A DNA stretch of 64,000 nt from Candidatus Peregrinibacteria bacterium Greene0416_19 (GCA_007375735.1 VMEW01000001.1:11831-75830); one strand, 5' to 3'. Positions 15,183 through 24,169 are shown, counted from the stretch's first letter. Program-made: numbers and translations. Notes: a model not told the origin generated them from the sequence alone.

Positions 15183-17999
15183 GTGCAACAGCGAACCGTC
15201 CAGATCCTCACCTACGCCCTGCTGGCTGCTTTGCTGACGTGGGGGGTGTATGCGGTGATTGCCTACATCGGCGCGCCACTCCACTCCGCGGTGCTGGCAC
15301 CGGATGACGCGCTTGCAGCCGTTGATGCCGCCTGCGGGGACAAGAATCTCTTCTGCCGCGGCCTGCAGACGCTCCTGCCGTTCCTCGTCTTCACCGTCAC
15401 CCGCGCGGCTCCTTTTCTGTGGTACGCGGTGTTGAGCCTGGTTGCGTACGGTGTCTTTGTTGGTTGGAAAGCCGCGCAGTCGGGGAGCGGGAGGTTTTCG
15501 CTGCGCATCCGACCTTGGCATGTCTTCGTGTGGTTCCTGATCTCGCTCTGGGCGGTCTTCCTGGCTCTCAGCCACCTCAGTACCGCCGAACTACCGGTGC
15601 GGAAGATGGTGGAACCGCGGCCGGAAGTGTACGCCTCGGTGAGCGCAGAAACCCTGAAAGTGCTCAAAGAAAACTTCGATGAATTGAAGAACAGCGATTG
15701 CCTCTCCTCCGAGGTGGAGATGTTGGGGAATGTTCCCGTCTACACCATGAAGGGAACGTGCGTGCAGACCGCGTTCGTGACTCGTGTGCTCAGTCAGGTC
15801 CTCATTGCCATCATCTTCTTATTCGAGCTGCTGCTTGCGGGGCACACCGTTCTGATGCTCCTGCGTCTGCGGCCACGCAGTCTGCTGCTCGAAGGCATGC
15901 TGAGTGTCGGGATCGGCGTATACGTGTGGATCTTCGCCCTATGGCTTCTCGCTATCTCGTCGCTCTTCACCGCCAATGCCGGCTGGCTGTTGGTCATCGC
16001 TGTTCCCATCACATGCTTCCGGAGCGTCCTCTACTGGGCTGAGCGATTTTGGCGGCACGAATGGGAAGTACATCTCCGCTGGAGCAGCCCGCTCATTCTG
16101 CTGGCATGGTTGCTCATCAGTTACCTGGCATTCAATTTCCTGACCGTCGTCCGCCCGTTCCCGATCGGATGGGATGATCTGGGCAGCTACCTGAACCGGC
16201 CGCGACTGCTCGTGAGCTACGGGACATTCATCCACAGCATGGCCACGTTCCAGTGGGAGTACCTGACCGCGCTCGGTTTCCTGCTGTTCGGCTTCGCCAA
16301 TCCCTTCGCCGCCACGGCCTCCATGATCATCAACTGGACGGAGGGTCTGCTGGCCGTGCTGACGGTGTACCTGTTCACGAACCAGTTCCTGGGCCGCGGC
16401 CGGGGGATACTCGCGGCGCTGCTCTACTACTCGCTTCCACTTGTCGGTCACTTCTCGTTCGCGGACATGAAGATCGACAATGCCGTCTTCACCATGGCGG
16501 CGCTCGGGCTCCTGGCACTCTTTCTCTTCCTTTTTCCCACTGCCGAGGAGGCGGATCAGGAAGGAACCGATCCTCCCTGCCCGGATCTGCGGCTCCTGCT
16601 GCTCAGCGGACTCTTCATCTCCGTCGCGTTCGCCATGAAGTCAACGGCCATTATGACTCTCATGGCGCTTGCTGCGATTCTGGTGGCGGCGCGGTTGCAT
16701 TGGACGGCATTCATCAGCATGTCCGTTCTGATCTTCGTCCTCTTTGCGCTGCAGGGGGTGCTGGGTGTGGGTGACGTTGCCCGGCGGCTCTTTGGAGCGG
16801 AGGCCGATCTGTCCCGGACCACGTTCGTCGTGACCGCCGTTATCATCGCCCTGATTCCGGCGATGTATGCGGCATTCCGCGGCCGCGAGCGGCTGCTCTC
16901 CACCTTCCTGTACGGCGGCATCATCGGCGCCTGTTTCCTCGCATTCAACTTCCCGTGGATCCTCTACAATAACATCCAGAATGGCACCGGTACGCTGCGG
17001 CTGGAGATGGGCGCGCCCAATCGTTTCACGCCGGCCATTTCCCTCCGCGGAAAGGCAGACGTGAATGACAAGGGACAGGACATCCGCGTCCTGCCGCCCG
17101 AGCTGGCCGTTAACCCCGATCACCCGCTGTGCAAGGCATCGGGGGCGAAGGAGGAACTGGACCGCTACTGGGGCTTCCGCGTGGGATGGACACACTACCT
17201 AACGCTCCCGTGGCGGACGGTGATGAACCTGGATTCCGGCGGGTACTACGTGACGACCGCCGCCGCGCTGCTGCTCTTCCCGCTGCTCCTGCTCCTGCCC
17301 TACTTCTGGACCCGCAAGGGACGCTGGATGCGTTCCCTGTTTGGGGCGACGATCCTCATTCTCCTGGAGTGGATGTTCCTCGCCAACGGCATCCCGTGGT
17401 ACGGGGTGGGTGTCTTCCTTGGCCTCGCGATCGGTCTTGAGGTCCTCGTCGCCCGCGCGCCCGATATCCTGAGCAAAATCACGGTTTCCATCCTCATCAC
17501 GCTCTCACTGATGGCGTCCTTCGCCATGCGGTTCTGGCAGTTCGACCAACAGCAGAACCTGATCGAGTATCCGATGGGCAAGATCTCCGCCCGTGCGCTC
17601 TCCCAGCGTACCATTCCCTGGTACGAACCCATCCAGCAGATCGTAGTCGAACGGCATGAGAAGATCCCCAATCGTCCCTACCTGTACCGCATCGGGACGT
17701 TCATCCCGTACTTCATTCCCAAGAATCTGGAGACGATCGGCGTCACCGATCACCAACTCGATTTCTTCAACTGCCTGTACCAGGATCGCAATCCTGAACT
17801 CATGCTCAAGCGGCTGAAGACGCTCGGCTTCAACAGCATCATCTTCGACACGAACACGGCGACGATCGAGCGCGACGAACAGGGATCGCTCCATAAAAAA
17901 GTGCAGACATTTCTGGACTTCGTGAACACCCCGTCACTGGGCTTGCAGGTGCTGGTGAATGATCCTGGGAGCGGGGTGGCGTTTCTCCTTATTCCCTAA
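15183..17999 (+). CDS. 938-aa polytopic membrane protein, putative GT-C-fold glycosyltransferase with C-terminal soluble domain
   Basis: More than 15 hydrophobic segments. Acidic loop motif WDDLGSYLNRP resembles the DDx/DExY loop of ArnT/PMT-type GT-C enzymes. It sits directly upstream of a Dpm1/GtrB-like GT2. The fold assignment is an inference. Confidence 0.6.
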   Translation: MQQRTVQILTYALLAALLTWGVYAVIAYIGAPLHSAVLAPDDALAAVDAACGDKNLFCRGLQTLLPFLVFTVTRAAPFLWYAVLSLVAYGVFVGWKAAQSGSGRFSLRIRPWHVFVWFLISLWAVFLALSHLSTAELPVRKMVEPRPEVYASVSAETLKVLKENFDELKNSDCLSSEVEMLGNVPVYTMKGTCVQTAFVTRVLSQVLIAIIFLFELLLAGHTVLMLLRLRPRSLLLEGMLSVGIGVYVWIFALWLLAISSLFTANAGWLLVIAVPITCFRSVLYWAERFWRHEWEVHLRWSSPLILLAWLLISYLAFNFLTVVRPFPIGWDDLGSYLNRPRLLVSYGTFIHSMATFQWEYLTALGFLLFGFANPFAATASMIINWTEGLLAVLTVYLFTNQFLGRGRGILAALLYYSLPLVGHFSFADMKIDNAVFTMAALGLLALFLFLFPTAEEADQEGTDPPCPDLRLLLLSGLFISVAFAMKSTAIMTLMALAAILVAARLHWTAFISMSVLIFVLFALQGVLGVGDVARRLFGAEADLSRTTFVVTAVIIALIPAMYAAFRGRERLLSTFLYGGIIGACFLAFNFPWILYNNIQNGTGTLRLEMGAPNRFTPAISLRGKADVNDKGQDIRVLPPELAVNPDHPLCKASGAKEELDRYWGFRVGWTHYLTLPWRTVMNLDSGGYYVTTAAALLLFPLLLLLPYFWTRKGRWMRSLFGATILILLEWMFLANGIPWYGVGVFLGLAIGLEVLVARAPDILSKITVSILITLSLMASFAMRFWQFDQQQNLIEYPMGKISARALSQRTIPWYEPIQQIVVERHEKIPNRPYLYRIGTFIPYFIPKNLETIGVTDHQLDFFNCLYQDRNPELMLKRLKTLGFNSIIFDTNTATIERDEQGSLHKKVQTFLDFVNTPSLGLQVLVNDPGSGVAFLLIP

Positions 18000-18030
18000 G
18001 GATCCCGACGATATCGAGGAGAAAACGCCG

Positions 18031-18066
18031 TTCCTCGGACTCTTCGGTTTCCTCGGACTCTTCGGC
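18031..18066. repeat. tandem 18-mer TTCCTCGGACTCTTCGG(T/C) x2
   Basis: Units at 18031-18048 and 18049-18066. The reverse complement CCGAAGAGTCCGAGG matches 3386-3400 at 14 of 15 positions. Confidence 0.8.
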
Positions 18067-18157
18067 CTTCGCCGGCCGTAGTCACTGAGGCATTCCAGGG
18101 GATGTGCTGCAATTTCCAAAGTGGCTCCGGCCGACGGAGGTCGGTATCCTTACAGAG

Positions 18158-18823
18158 ATGATTATCGCAGTCATACCGGCCTACAACGAAGAGTCCCGCC
18201 TGGCTCAGGTGGTGCGTGATGCGCGGAAGTTCGCCCAGAAGGTCATTGTTGTGGATGATGGATCGACCGACGGCACAGCTGAGGTTGCGAGGCATGAGGA
18301 GGCGACCGTCGTGCGCCATGTGCAGAATTGCGGCGCGGGAGCCGCGACCATGACCGGCATCGAGGCGGCGCGGACGGCAGGGGCCACGGTGATCGTCACG
18401 CTCGACGCCGACGGGCAGCATGATCCACACGACATCCCCGCCCTGCTGAGACCGGCGGAGGAGGACAAGGCCGACATCGTCTTCTCGAACCGGTTCGGCC
18501 AGCGCAATCGCATCCCGTTCACGCGCCGTCTGTTCAACGCAATCGGGAACGTCGTGACGTTCGTCGCGACGGGCAAATGGGTGAGTGACAGCCAGAGCGG
18601 CTTCAAGGTGTTCGGCCCTCGGGCGCTCAGGGAAATCCAGCTCCGCATGAGCGGCTTCGAGTTCTGCACCGAGATCGTCCGCGAGGCGGCCAAGCATAAA
18701 TGGCGTGTCGCGCAAATTCCGACGAAGGTCGTCTACTCCGAGTACACCATGGCGAAGGGGCAATCGTTCGCCTCGGGGGTGAAGACGGCTCTCAAGATTC
18801 TGCTGCGGTCGTTCCTCCGGTAA
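18158..18823 (+). CDS. GT2 glycosyltransferase, Dpm1/GtrB-like (polyprenyl-phosphate sugar synthase type)
   Basis: IIAVIPAYNEE, VVDDGSTDGT and DADGQHDPHDIPALL motifs. ATG 18158 lies 7 nt after TATCCT 18145-18150. Confidence 0.85.
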   Translation: MIIAVIPAYNEESRLAQVVRDARKFAQKVIVVDDGSTDGTAEVARHEEATVVRHVQNCGAGAATMTGIEAARTAGATVIVTLDADGQHDPHDIPALLRPAEEDKADIVFSNRFGQRNRIPFTRRLFNAIGNVVTFVATGKWVSDSQSGFKVFGPRALREIQLRMSGFEFCTEIVREAAKHKWRVAQIPTKVVYSEYTMAKGQSFASGVKTALKILLRSFLR

Positions 18824-18833
18824 CATATCCCCT

Positions 18834-19193
18834 ATGAAGCTCACCCCCTACCAAATCGTCGCCCCCCTCATCGCCCTCCTAGCGGTCGTGTACGCGTGGA
18901 ACCTGGTGTTCCGGGGCAAGAAGACGGTGTGGGAAGCGAGTTTCTGGACCCTCTTCTGGGGGGCCATCGCGTTCGTAGCGCTCTTCCCCAACACGCTGGG
19001 ATACCTGTCCACCGTTACGGGGATCGAGAACCAGGAGAACGCCGTCATCGTCACCTTCCTCGGCATCCTCTTCTTCATTGTGTTCTACCTGGTCATTCGT
19101 CTGGAGGAACTGGAGCAGCGCCAGACGAGGATGGTGCGGGCGATGGCACTGCGCGAAGCTGAAATGAGTGGAAAATTGAAAACAGAAAAATGA
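18834..19193 (+). CDS. DUF2304-like small membrane protein
   Basis: 119 aa with 3-4 TM helices and a charged C-terminal helix (RLEELEQRQTRMVRAMALRE). Its position after a GT2 is typical of the GT2+DUF2304 pairing. Confidence 0.7.
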   Translation: MKLTPYQIVAPLIALLAVVYAWNLVFRGKKTVWEASFWTLFWGAIAFVALFPNTLGYLSTVTGIENQENAVIVTFLGILFFIVFYLVIRLEELEQRQTRMVRAMALREAEMSGKLKTEK

Positions 19194-19245
19194 AAGACGC
19201 TCGCATGGGTGACCTTTTTGCTGTTTTGAATTACTCTGTGTCCTC

Positions 19246-20394
19246 ATGCAGGCCATCCTCCTCATCAGCCCTTACTTCCGCGAGGAACACCGCTGGATGG
19301 TGAGCACGGTCAAGCTCGCGGAGCTGTGGCAGCGGCTGGGGTACCGGGTCATCGTCGCGTGCATGGGGGCGAAGACGGGGAGAGAGGCGGTGTCCGACAC
19401 GCTCACGATCTACCGCAAGAAAGATTTCTTCATTCCGGATCCATGGAACACGGGCATCGCATTCGGCTTCACCGGTATGGCCCGCCGGATCATCCGGGAG
19501 GAGCGGCCGGATATCATCATCGTCAACAAAGTCCTGTTCTGGACATCGCTCACGCTCATTGCGCTCCGCGCGCGCGGGATACATGCGCTGTTATTGACCG
19601 ATGCGCTCGTTGGGATCACGTGGATGCCCCGCGGAAGGCTGCCGCGGATCGTTGCGCGGATCGCCGCGTGGACGGTGGGATGGATCATCCTGCGCTGTGC
19701 CGCTCGGATCGTGACGTTCCATCCGCAGCCGGGAAAGGTTCTCAAGCGGCTCGGAGTGGCGGGGAAGACGCAGGTCGTTCCGACGGGGATAGATCTTGGA
19801 CCATTCAGGGACTCGGAACGTGAGACTCGGGACTCTGGTTCGAGAGTGACAGTAACGTATCTGGGGAGATTGGAGTCCGTGAAAGGGGTGGACGACTACC
19901 TGGCGGCGGCGGTAGAGCTGAAGAAGGAGCATCCGGGGGCGAAGTTCCAGGTCGTCGGCTGGTATAAGGAGGGACATCCCCTTGTGGCACAGTACGAACG
20001 CGAGGTCCTGTTCACCGGACTGAGACACGACATCGCGGCGATTCTTGCAAGCACCGACATCTTCGTTCTCCCGAGCTACAGCGAGGGCCTCAGCAATTCC
20101 CTGATGGAAGCGATGGCGAGCGGCTGCGCATGCGTGGCGTCGGATGTCGGCGGCAACGCGTACCTCATCCAGAACGGCGTATCGGGATTTTTGTTCCCGG
20201 CCGGAGACCGGCAGTCGCTTGCGGCCCACATCCGGCGGCTGATCGAAGATCCTCACAAGCGCAAAGCGATGGGGGAGGCGGCACAGCGGAGGATCGCGCA
20301 GTCGTTCGCTTGGGAGATCGTGGGATCTCTGTACGATCGCCTGTTCGCTGAGATGACGCCTAGCAGCCCTGCGGCTCCAGACCGATATTGTTGA
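19246..20394 (+). CDS. GT4 (GT-B, Glycos_transf_1) glycosyltransferase
   Basis: C-terminal E-x7-E region: LPSYSEGLSNSLMEAMASGCACVASDVGGN. Confidence 0.85.
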   Translation: MQAILLISPYFREEHRWMVSTVKLAELWQRLGYRVIVACMGAKTGREAVSDTLTIYRKKDFFIPDPWNTGIAFGFTGMARRIIREERPDIIIVNKVLFWTSLTLIALRARGIHALLLTDALVGITWMPRGRLPRIVARIAAWTVGWIILRCAARIVTFHPQPGKVLKRLGVAGKTQVVPTGIDLGPFRDSERETRDSGSRVTVTYLGRLESVKGVDDYLAAAVELKKEHPGAKFQVVGWYKEGHPLVAQYEREVLFTGLRHDIAAILASTDIFVLPSYSEGLSNSLMEAMASGCACVASDVGGNAYLIQNGVSGFLFPAGDRQSLAAHIRRLIEDPHKRKAMGEAAQRRIAQSFAWEIVGSLYDRLFAEMTPSSPAAPDRYC

Positions 20395-20719
20395 AGATTT
20401 CCAATCTGGCACGTACCTCCTCCGACGTACGCACTATCCGAGGATACTTTTGATCATAGGAACTATTGAGTTGCCATTCTTCTCCTCTCCATCTCACCAA
20501 ACATATCCAATCATGACGACCAATGAGCGCATATGCACCAGCACGAGCATCGGATTCCAAATGCCGGATCTTCTCTCGGAGGTTTCGGCATCGGGGATTT
20601 CCGAGCAATTCCGCCGAAAATGCCGTTGCCAGGTCTTCGTCATGGCCGGGGGGTGCGTTGCCGATGGTGCGTTTCTTACCGGGCATGAGGGTGGAGCAGG
20701 ATATAGGACTCCCCGGCAT
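20360..20719 (-). CDS. hypothetical ORF, possibly an N-terminally truncated remnant
   Basis: 119-aa ORF in a lower-GC spacer between two GT4 genes. The frame stays open upstream to 20815 (..GFILIAHDGLVGHNGEPGV) with no start codon. No family recognised. Confidence 0.3.
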   Translation of the reverse strand: MPGSPISCSTLMPGKKRTIGNAPPGHDEDLATAFSAELLGNPRCRNLREKIRHLESDARAGAYALIGRHDWICLVRWRGEEWQLNSSYDQKYPRIVRTSEEVRARLEIFNNIGLEPQGC

Positions 20720-20835
20720 GACGCCGGGTTCGCCATTGTGCCCTACCAGGCCGTCATGGGCAATGAGAATGAATCCTGAAGGAATCCCCTGAAGGAAACT
20801 TGAGTTCCCAGGGTGCTATGCGATCATAAGCCCCT

Positions 20836-21978
20836 ATGCGAGCGCGGATCGTCATCCTGTCGGCATTCGCCACCCCCTACCGCAGCGGCGCGGAGGCGTG
20901 CGCGGAAGAGATCGCGAAGCGACTCCTGCCGCGCTACGACGTCACGATCGTGACGGCGCGAATGCGGAGGGATCTGCCGCGCTCCACGAAGATCGCCGGC
21001 GGCGTGCCGCTCCTGCGCGTCGGTATCGGGAGCGAGCGACTCGATCCGTGGCTCTTCCCGCTCCTCGCGCCGTTCCATGTCCGCCGGCTGCGGCCGGTCC
21101 TGATCCACGCGATCCTGGAGACGTTCGCGGGGTTGGCACTGCACTGGTGCGGATTCTTTTCGAAAAAATCCAAGCGGCTCCTCACGCTGCAGACGACCAA
21201 CCGCAGCTTTCTCAAGTCGACCATCCTGCGTTCGCCTGATGCCGTCACCGCCATCAGCTCCGCACTTGTCCGGTCCGGCAGGGAGCGCGGACGGACGGAC
21301 ATCGAACTCATCTCCAACGGCGTCGATCTCCCCGCACTCCGCCAGGCTTGTGAGCGGTACCCGAAGATGTCCGGGAGAATCCTCTTCGTCGGCAGGCTCG
21401 AGCCGATGAAGGGGATCGATATCCTCCTGCGCTCATGCGCCGAAATTTTCTCGGAACCGGGAGCCCGGGGCGTAAAGCCCACGTGGGGGCCACGCCCCCT
21501 TTACGGGGCTCCCGGTTGCATGGATGTGAGGATCGTCGGGGATGGCTCACAGCGCCGGTCGCTTGAAAAGCTGGCACATGGCCTGGGCGTCGCCGGGCAC
21601 GTGCAGTTCCTGGGCTACCTCCCTCCTGCCGCCGTCTGTCGCGAATTCGCGCAAGCGGAAATATTTTGCGGGCTCTCGATCAGCGAGGCGATGGGGAACG
21701 TGTTCCTGGAAGCACAGGCTGCTGGCTGCGCGGTCATCGGCACGCGCGTGGGCGGGATTCCGGACATCGTCAAGGATGGCGAAACGGGGCTCCTCATTCC
21801 CCCGAACGATGTGAATACCGCCGCATGGGCGCTCAAGGCGCTCCTCACCGACGCACATCTCCGCTCGCGGTTGCAGGAAGCGGCACGGCGACACGCGGAA
21901 GAATACGACTGGGATATCGTCGCCGGCAGGTATGCAACTGTGTATGATCGGCTGCTCCCATCAGTCGCTCATGCCTGA
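20836..21978 (+). CDS. GT4 glycosyltransferase carrying an in-frame palindromic insert
   Basis: E-x7-E region: LSISEAMGNVFLEAQAAGCAVIGTRVGGIPDIV. Residues ARGVKPTWGPRPLYGA are encoded by the repeat at 21466-21511. Confidence 0.85.
   Translation: MRARIVILSAFATPYRSGAEACAEEIAKRLLPRYDVTIVTARMRRDLPRSTKIAGGVPLLRVGIGSERLDPWLFPLLAPFHVRRLRPVLIHAILETFAGLALHWCGFFSKKSKRLLTLQTTNRSFLKSTILRSPDAVTAISSALVRSGRERGRTDIELISNGVDLPALRQACERYPKMSGRILFVGRLEPMKGIDILLRSCAEIFSEPGARGVKPTWGPRPLYGAPGCMDVRIVGDGSQRRSLEKLAHGLGVAGHVQFLGYLPPAAVCREFAQAEIFCGLSISEAMGNVFLEAQAAGCAVIGTRVGGIPDIVKDGETGLLIPPNDVNTAAWALKALLTDAHLRSRLQEAARRHAEEYDWDIVAGRYATVYDRLLPSVAHA
21466..21511 (+). repeat. 46-nt palindromic element, copy 1 (intragenic, in-frame)
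   Basis: CGGGGCGTAAAGCCCACGTGGGGGCCACGCCCCCTTTACGGGGCTC. The exact reverse complement is at 22759-22804. It contains the CCCACGTGGG palindrome and a GGGGCGT/ACGCCCC stem. Confidence 0.9.
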
Positions 21979-22351
21979 TATCCCCTCGCTCATCGAACGT
22001 TGGGATACGCAGATGAATCGACGGAGCGCGTCCGACGATTGTTTCCTCAACCACGACCATGCGGCGCGGGCACTCCTGACTCTACTCGAGGAGATGCTGG
22101 CGCATCCCGCCGCCGCCCGTGCATTCGTACTAGCCAAAGCCGAGCGGCTCATCGCACCGGACCGTTTGCTGTTTTTCGCGACCGCCGTCGCTGCGGAGCT
22201 GTTTTCAATCTACGTCAGACTCCATGCCACCTTTCACGAAGATCCTCTCACGCATGACGACCTTGCCGCCGCCGCACGAGCTCTGCTGCCCGGAACAGAC
22301 TCTCAAACGTCCCCGCATCCATCCATTCCTCCCGCAGCACCGTTGCCTTGA
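21971..22351 (+). CDS. hypothetical helical protein (uncertain)
   Basis: The ORF has GC-rich third positions over its first two thirds. Its last ~100 nt overlap the convergent nucleotidyltransferase gene. Start uncertain (21932/21944/21971). Confidence 0.3.
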   Translation: MPDIPSLIERWDTQMNRRSASDDCFLNHDHAARALLTLLEEMLAHPAAARAFVLAKAERLIAPDRLLFFATAVAAELFSIYVRLHATFHEDPLTHDDLAAAARALLPGTDSQTSPHPSIPPAAPLP

Positions 22352-23003
22352 GTGCCCCGCGTTCCAGGTATGCCCTGCTTACATCCGTGATCTCGATCTC
22401 TCCACGAGGCGATGGCGGGAGCTTCCGGATGATATCGAAGCAATGTTTATCGTACACGTAGCATCCTGTCACTGCGAGATCGCTCTTGGGTTTCGTCGGT
22501 TTTTCTTCAATGGATATGATGCGATTGCCCTCCATCTCCGCCACGCCAAACCGTTCAGGGTCCGTCACTTGCTTGATGAACACATGGCCGCCTGCTTCGA
22601 ATGACTTGATGACCGGTGACAGATCATCGAAATACACGTTGTCTCCCAGGATGGCGCAGACGCTGTCGTTGTCGGCGAACTCTTCGGCGAGACCCAGTGC
22701 CTGTGCGATGCCGCCGGGCTTCTCCTGCACTTTGAAGGCGAACTCGCAGCCGAAGCGCGAGCCCCGTAAAGGGGGCGTGGCCCCCACGTGGGCTTTACGC
22801 CCCGACCCCAGGAACCGCGCGATCTGCTCCATATGCTCGGTGCCGGTCACCACCGCGATTTCCCGGATGCCCGCGGAGAGCAGCACCTGGAGCGGGTACT
22901 CGATGAGAGGCTTGTCATAGACCGGGAGCAGGCTCTTATTGGTGATCTCGGTCAGGGGCTTCAGCCGGGTGCCGGTGCCGCCGCAAATGAGGACTCCTTT
23001 CAT
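22248..23003 (-). CDS. sugar-1-phosphate nucleotidyltransferase (RmlA-like, short form) carrying an in-frame palindromic insert
   Basis: MKGVLICGGTGTRLKPLT (GxGTRL), VQEKPGGIAQAL and WMDAGT motifs. Residues GRKAHVGATPPLRGS are encoded by the repeat at 22759-22804. Confidence 0.85.
   Translation of the reverse strand: MKGVLICGGTGTRLKPLTEITNKSLLPVYDKPLIEYPLQVLLSAGIREIAVVTGTEHMEQIARFLGSGRKAHVGATPPLRGSRFGCEFAFKVQEKPGGIAQALGLAEEFADNDSVCAILGDNVYFDDLSPVIKSFEAGGHVFIKQVTDPERFGVAEMEGNRIISIEEKPTKPKSDLAVTGCYVYDKHCFDIIRKLPPSPRGEIEITDVSRAYLERGALKATVLREEWMDAGTFESLFRAAELVRRRQGRHA
22759..22804 (-). repeat. 46-nt palindromic element, copy 2 (intragenic, in-frame)
   Basis: GAGCCCCGTAAAGGGGGCGTGGCCCCCACGTGGGCTTTACGCCCCG is the reverse complement of 21466-21511. 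Confidence 0.9.
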
Positions 23004-23006
23004 AAA

Positions 23007-23140
23007 GATTCAGGGGATTCAGGAGAAGCAGGAGATTCAGGAGAAATAGTAGTAGAATCCAGCTCCGGCGTATAATCATATCATTCTCCTGAATCCCCTG
23101 AATCTCCCGCTTCTCCTGAATCTCCCGCTTCTCCTGAATC
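23007..23140. promoter_or_regulatory. divergent control region with inverted arrays of CCTGAATC words
   Basis: Three GATTCAGG words at 23007-23045 and four CCTGAATC words at 23084-23140. TAGAAT (23053-23058) and TATAAT (23071-23076) lie between the arrays. Confidence 0.6.
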
Positions 23141-23144
23141 TGAT

Positions 23145-24134
23145 ATGAATCTGCTGGTCACCGGCGGCGCCGGCTTCATCGGTTCCCACTTCGTCCTCCG
23201 GCATAAGCAGCGTTTCCCGGACGATGCAATCGTCGTGCTCGACAAGCTGACGTACGCGGGGAGCAAGGCGTTCCTCGATTCGGTCATCAATCGCATCCGC
23301 TTCGCGCAGGGGGACATCACCGACGTGGAGCTCACCGCCCAACTGATCGGACGCTACGGAATCGACACGATCGTCAACTTCGCAGCGGAGACGCACGTGG
23401 ACCGGAGCATCAAGAATGCGGTTCCCTTCATCCATACGAATATTCTGGGGGTGCAGAGTCTGATCGAAGTGTGCCGCGCGCATCCGGAAGTGCGGCTGCT
23501 CCACATCTCATCTGATGAAGTGTACGGCGACATCGCGGACGAAGACGCTCCTTGCAAGGTGGGCGATCCGCTCTTCCCCAGCTCTCCCTATGCGGCATCG
23601 AAAGCTGCCGGCGAAATGCTCCTCCTCTCTGCGATGCGCACCTACGGCATCAAGTGCGCTATCACGCGGTGCACCAATAATTTCGGTCCCCATCAGGACG
23701 ATGAGAAGTTCATCCCCACCGTCATCCGGCACGCGCTCAAGAACGAACCGGTCCCCGTCTACGGCAAGGGGAAGAACAAGCGTGACTGGCTGTACGTGAC
23801 CGATCACACCGATGCGCTCGAGCTCGTGCTGCAAACGGAGTGGGCATTCCACGATCCGGCTGTGCCGGGTGTCCATCCAAGCCAGCCCCGCGGTTCCGGT
23901 CACTTCTTCAACATCTCCGCCGACGACGAGCGCGAAAATTTCGAAGTGGCGAAAGCGGTGCTCGATATTCTCGGCAAGCCGCACTCGCTCATCTCCTTCG
24001 TCGAAGACCGGCCGGGGCATGACTGGCGGTACGCGCTGGATTCGTCTGCGATTCGGAATCTTGGATGGCAGCCGACAGTCGGCTTCAGGCAGGGTCTTGA
24101 GAAGACGGTGGAGTGGTACCGATCGAGACAGTAA
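23145..24134 (+). CDS. rfbB: dTDP-glucose 4,6-dehydratase-like SDR
   Basis: VTGGAGFIGSHF, YAASKAAGEM (YxxxK) and RmlB-like length. Divergent from the RmlA-like gene. Confidence 0.8.
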   Translation: MNLLVTGGAGFIGSHFVLRHKQRFPDDAIVVLDKLTYAGSKAFLDSVINRIRFAQGDITDVELTAQLIGRYGIDTIVNFAAETHVDRSIKNAVPFIHTNILGVQSLIEVCRAHPEVRLLHISSDEVYGDIADEDAPCKVGDPLFPSSPYAASKAAGEMLLLSAMRTYGIKCAITRCTNNFGPHQDDEKFIPTVIRHALKNEPVPVYGKGKNKRDWLYVTDHTDALELVLQTEWAFHDPAVPGVHPSQPRGSGHFFNISADDERENFEVAKAVLDILGKPHSLISFVEDRPGHDWRYALDSSAIRNLGWQPTVGFRQGLEKTVEWYRSRQ

Positions 24135-24139
24135 AACGA

Positions 24140-24163
24140 GCCCGCTCCAGAAGAGGAGCGGGC
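24140..24163. terminator. hairpin between convergent genes
   Basis: 9-bp stem GCCCGCTCC-AGAAGA-GGAGCGGGC, 6 nt after the rfbB stop. Confidence 0.6.
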
Positions 24164-24169
24164 GATGCG

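Noticed and set aside
18031-18066. Possible CRISPR array, also considered for 23007-23140 and 611-642
   Set aside because: Units are 8-18 nt, directly abutting or inverted, without unique spacers. At most 2-4 copies are present and no cas genes occur in the window.
23830-23900. Possible third in-frame repeat insertion in rfbB (WAFHDPAVPGVHPSQPRGS loop)
   Set aside because: The DNA is not palindromic beyond a 5-bp stem and matches no other repeat in the window. It may simply be a lineage-specific loop.
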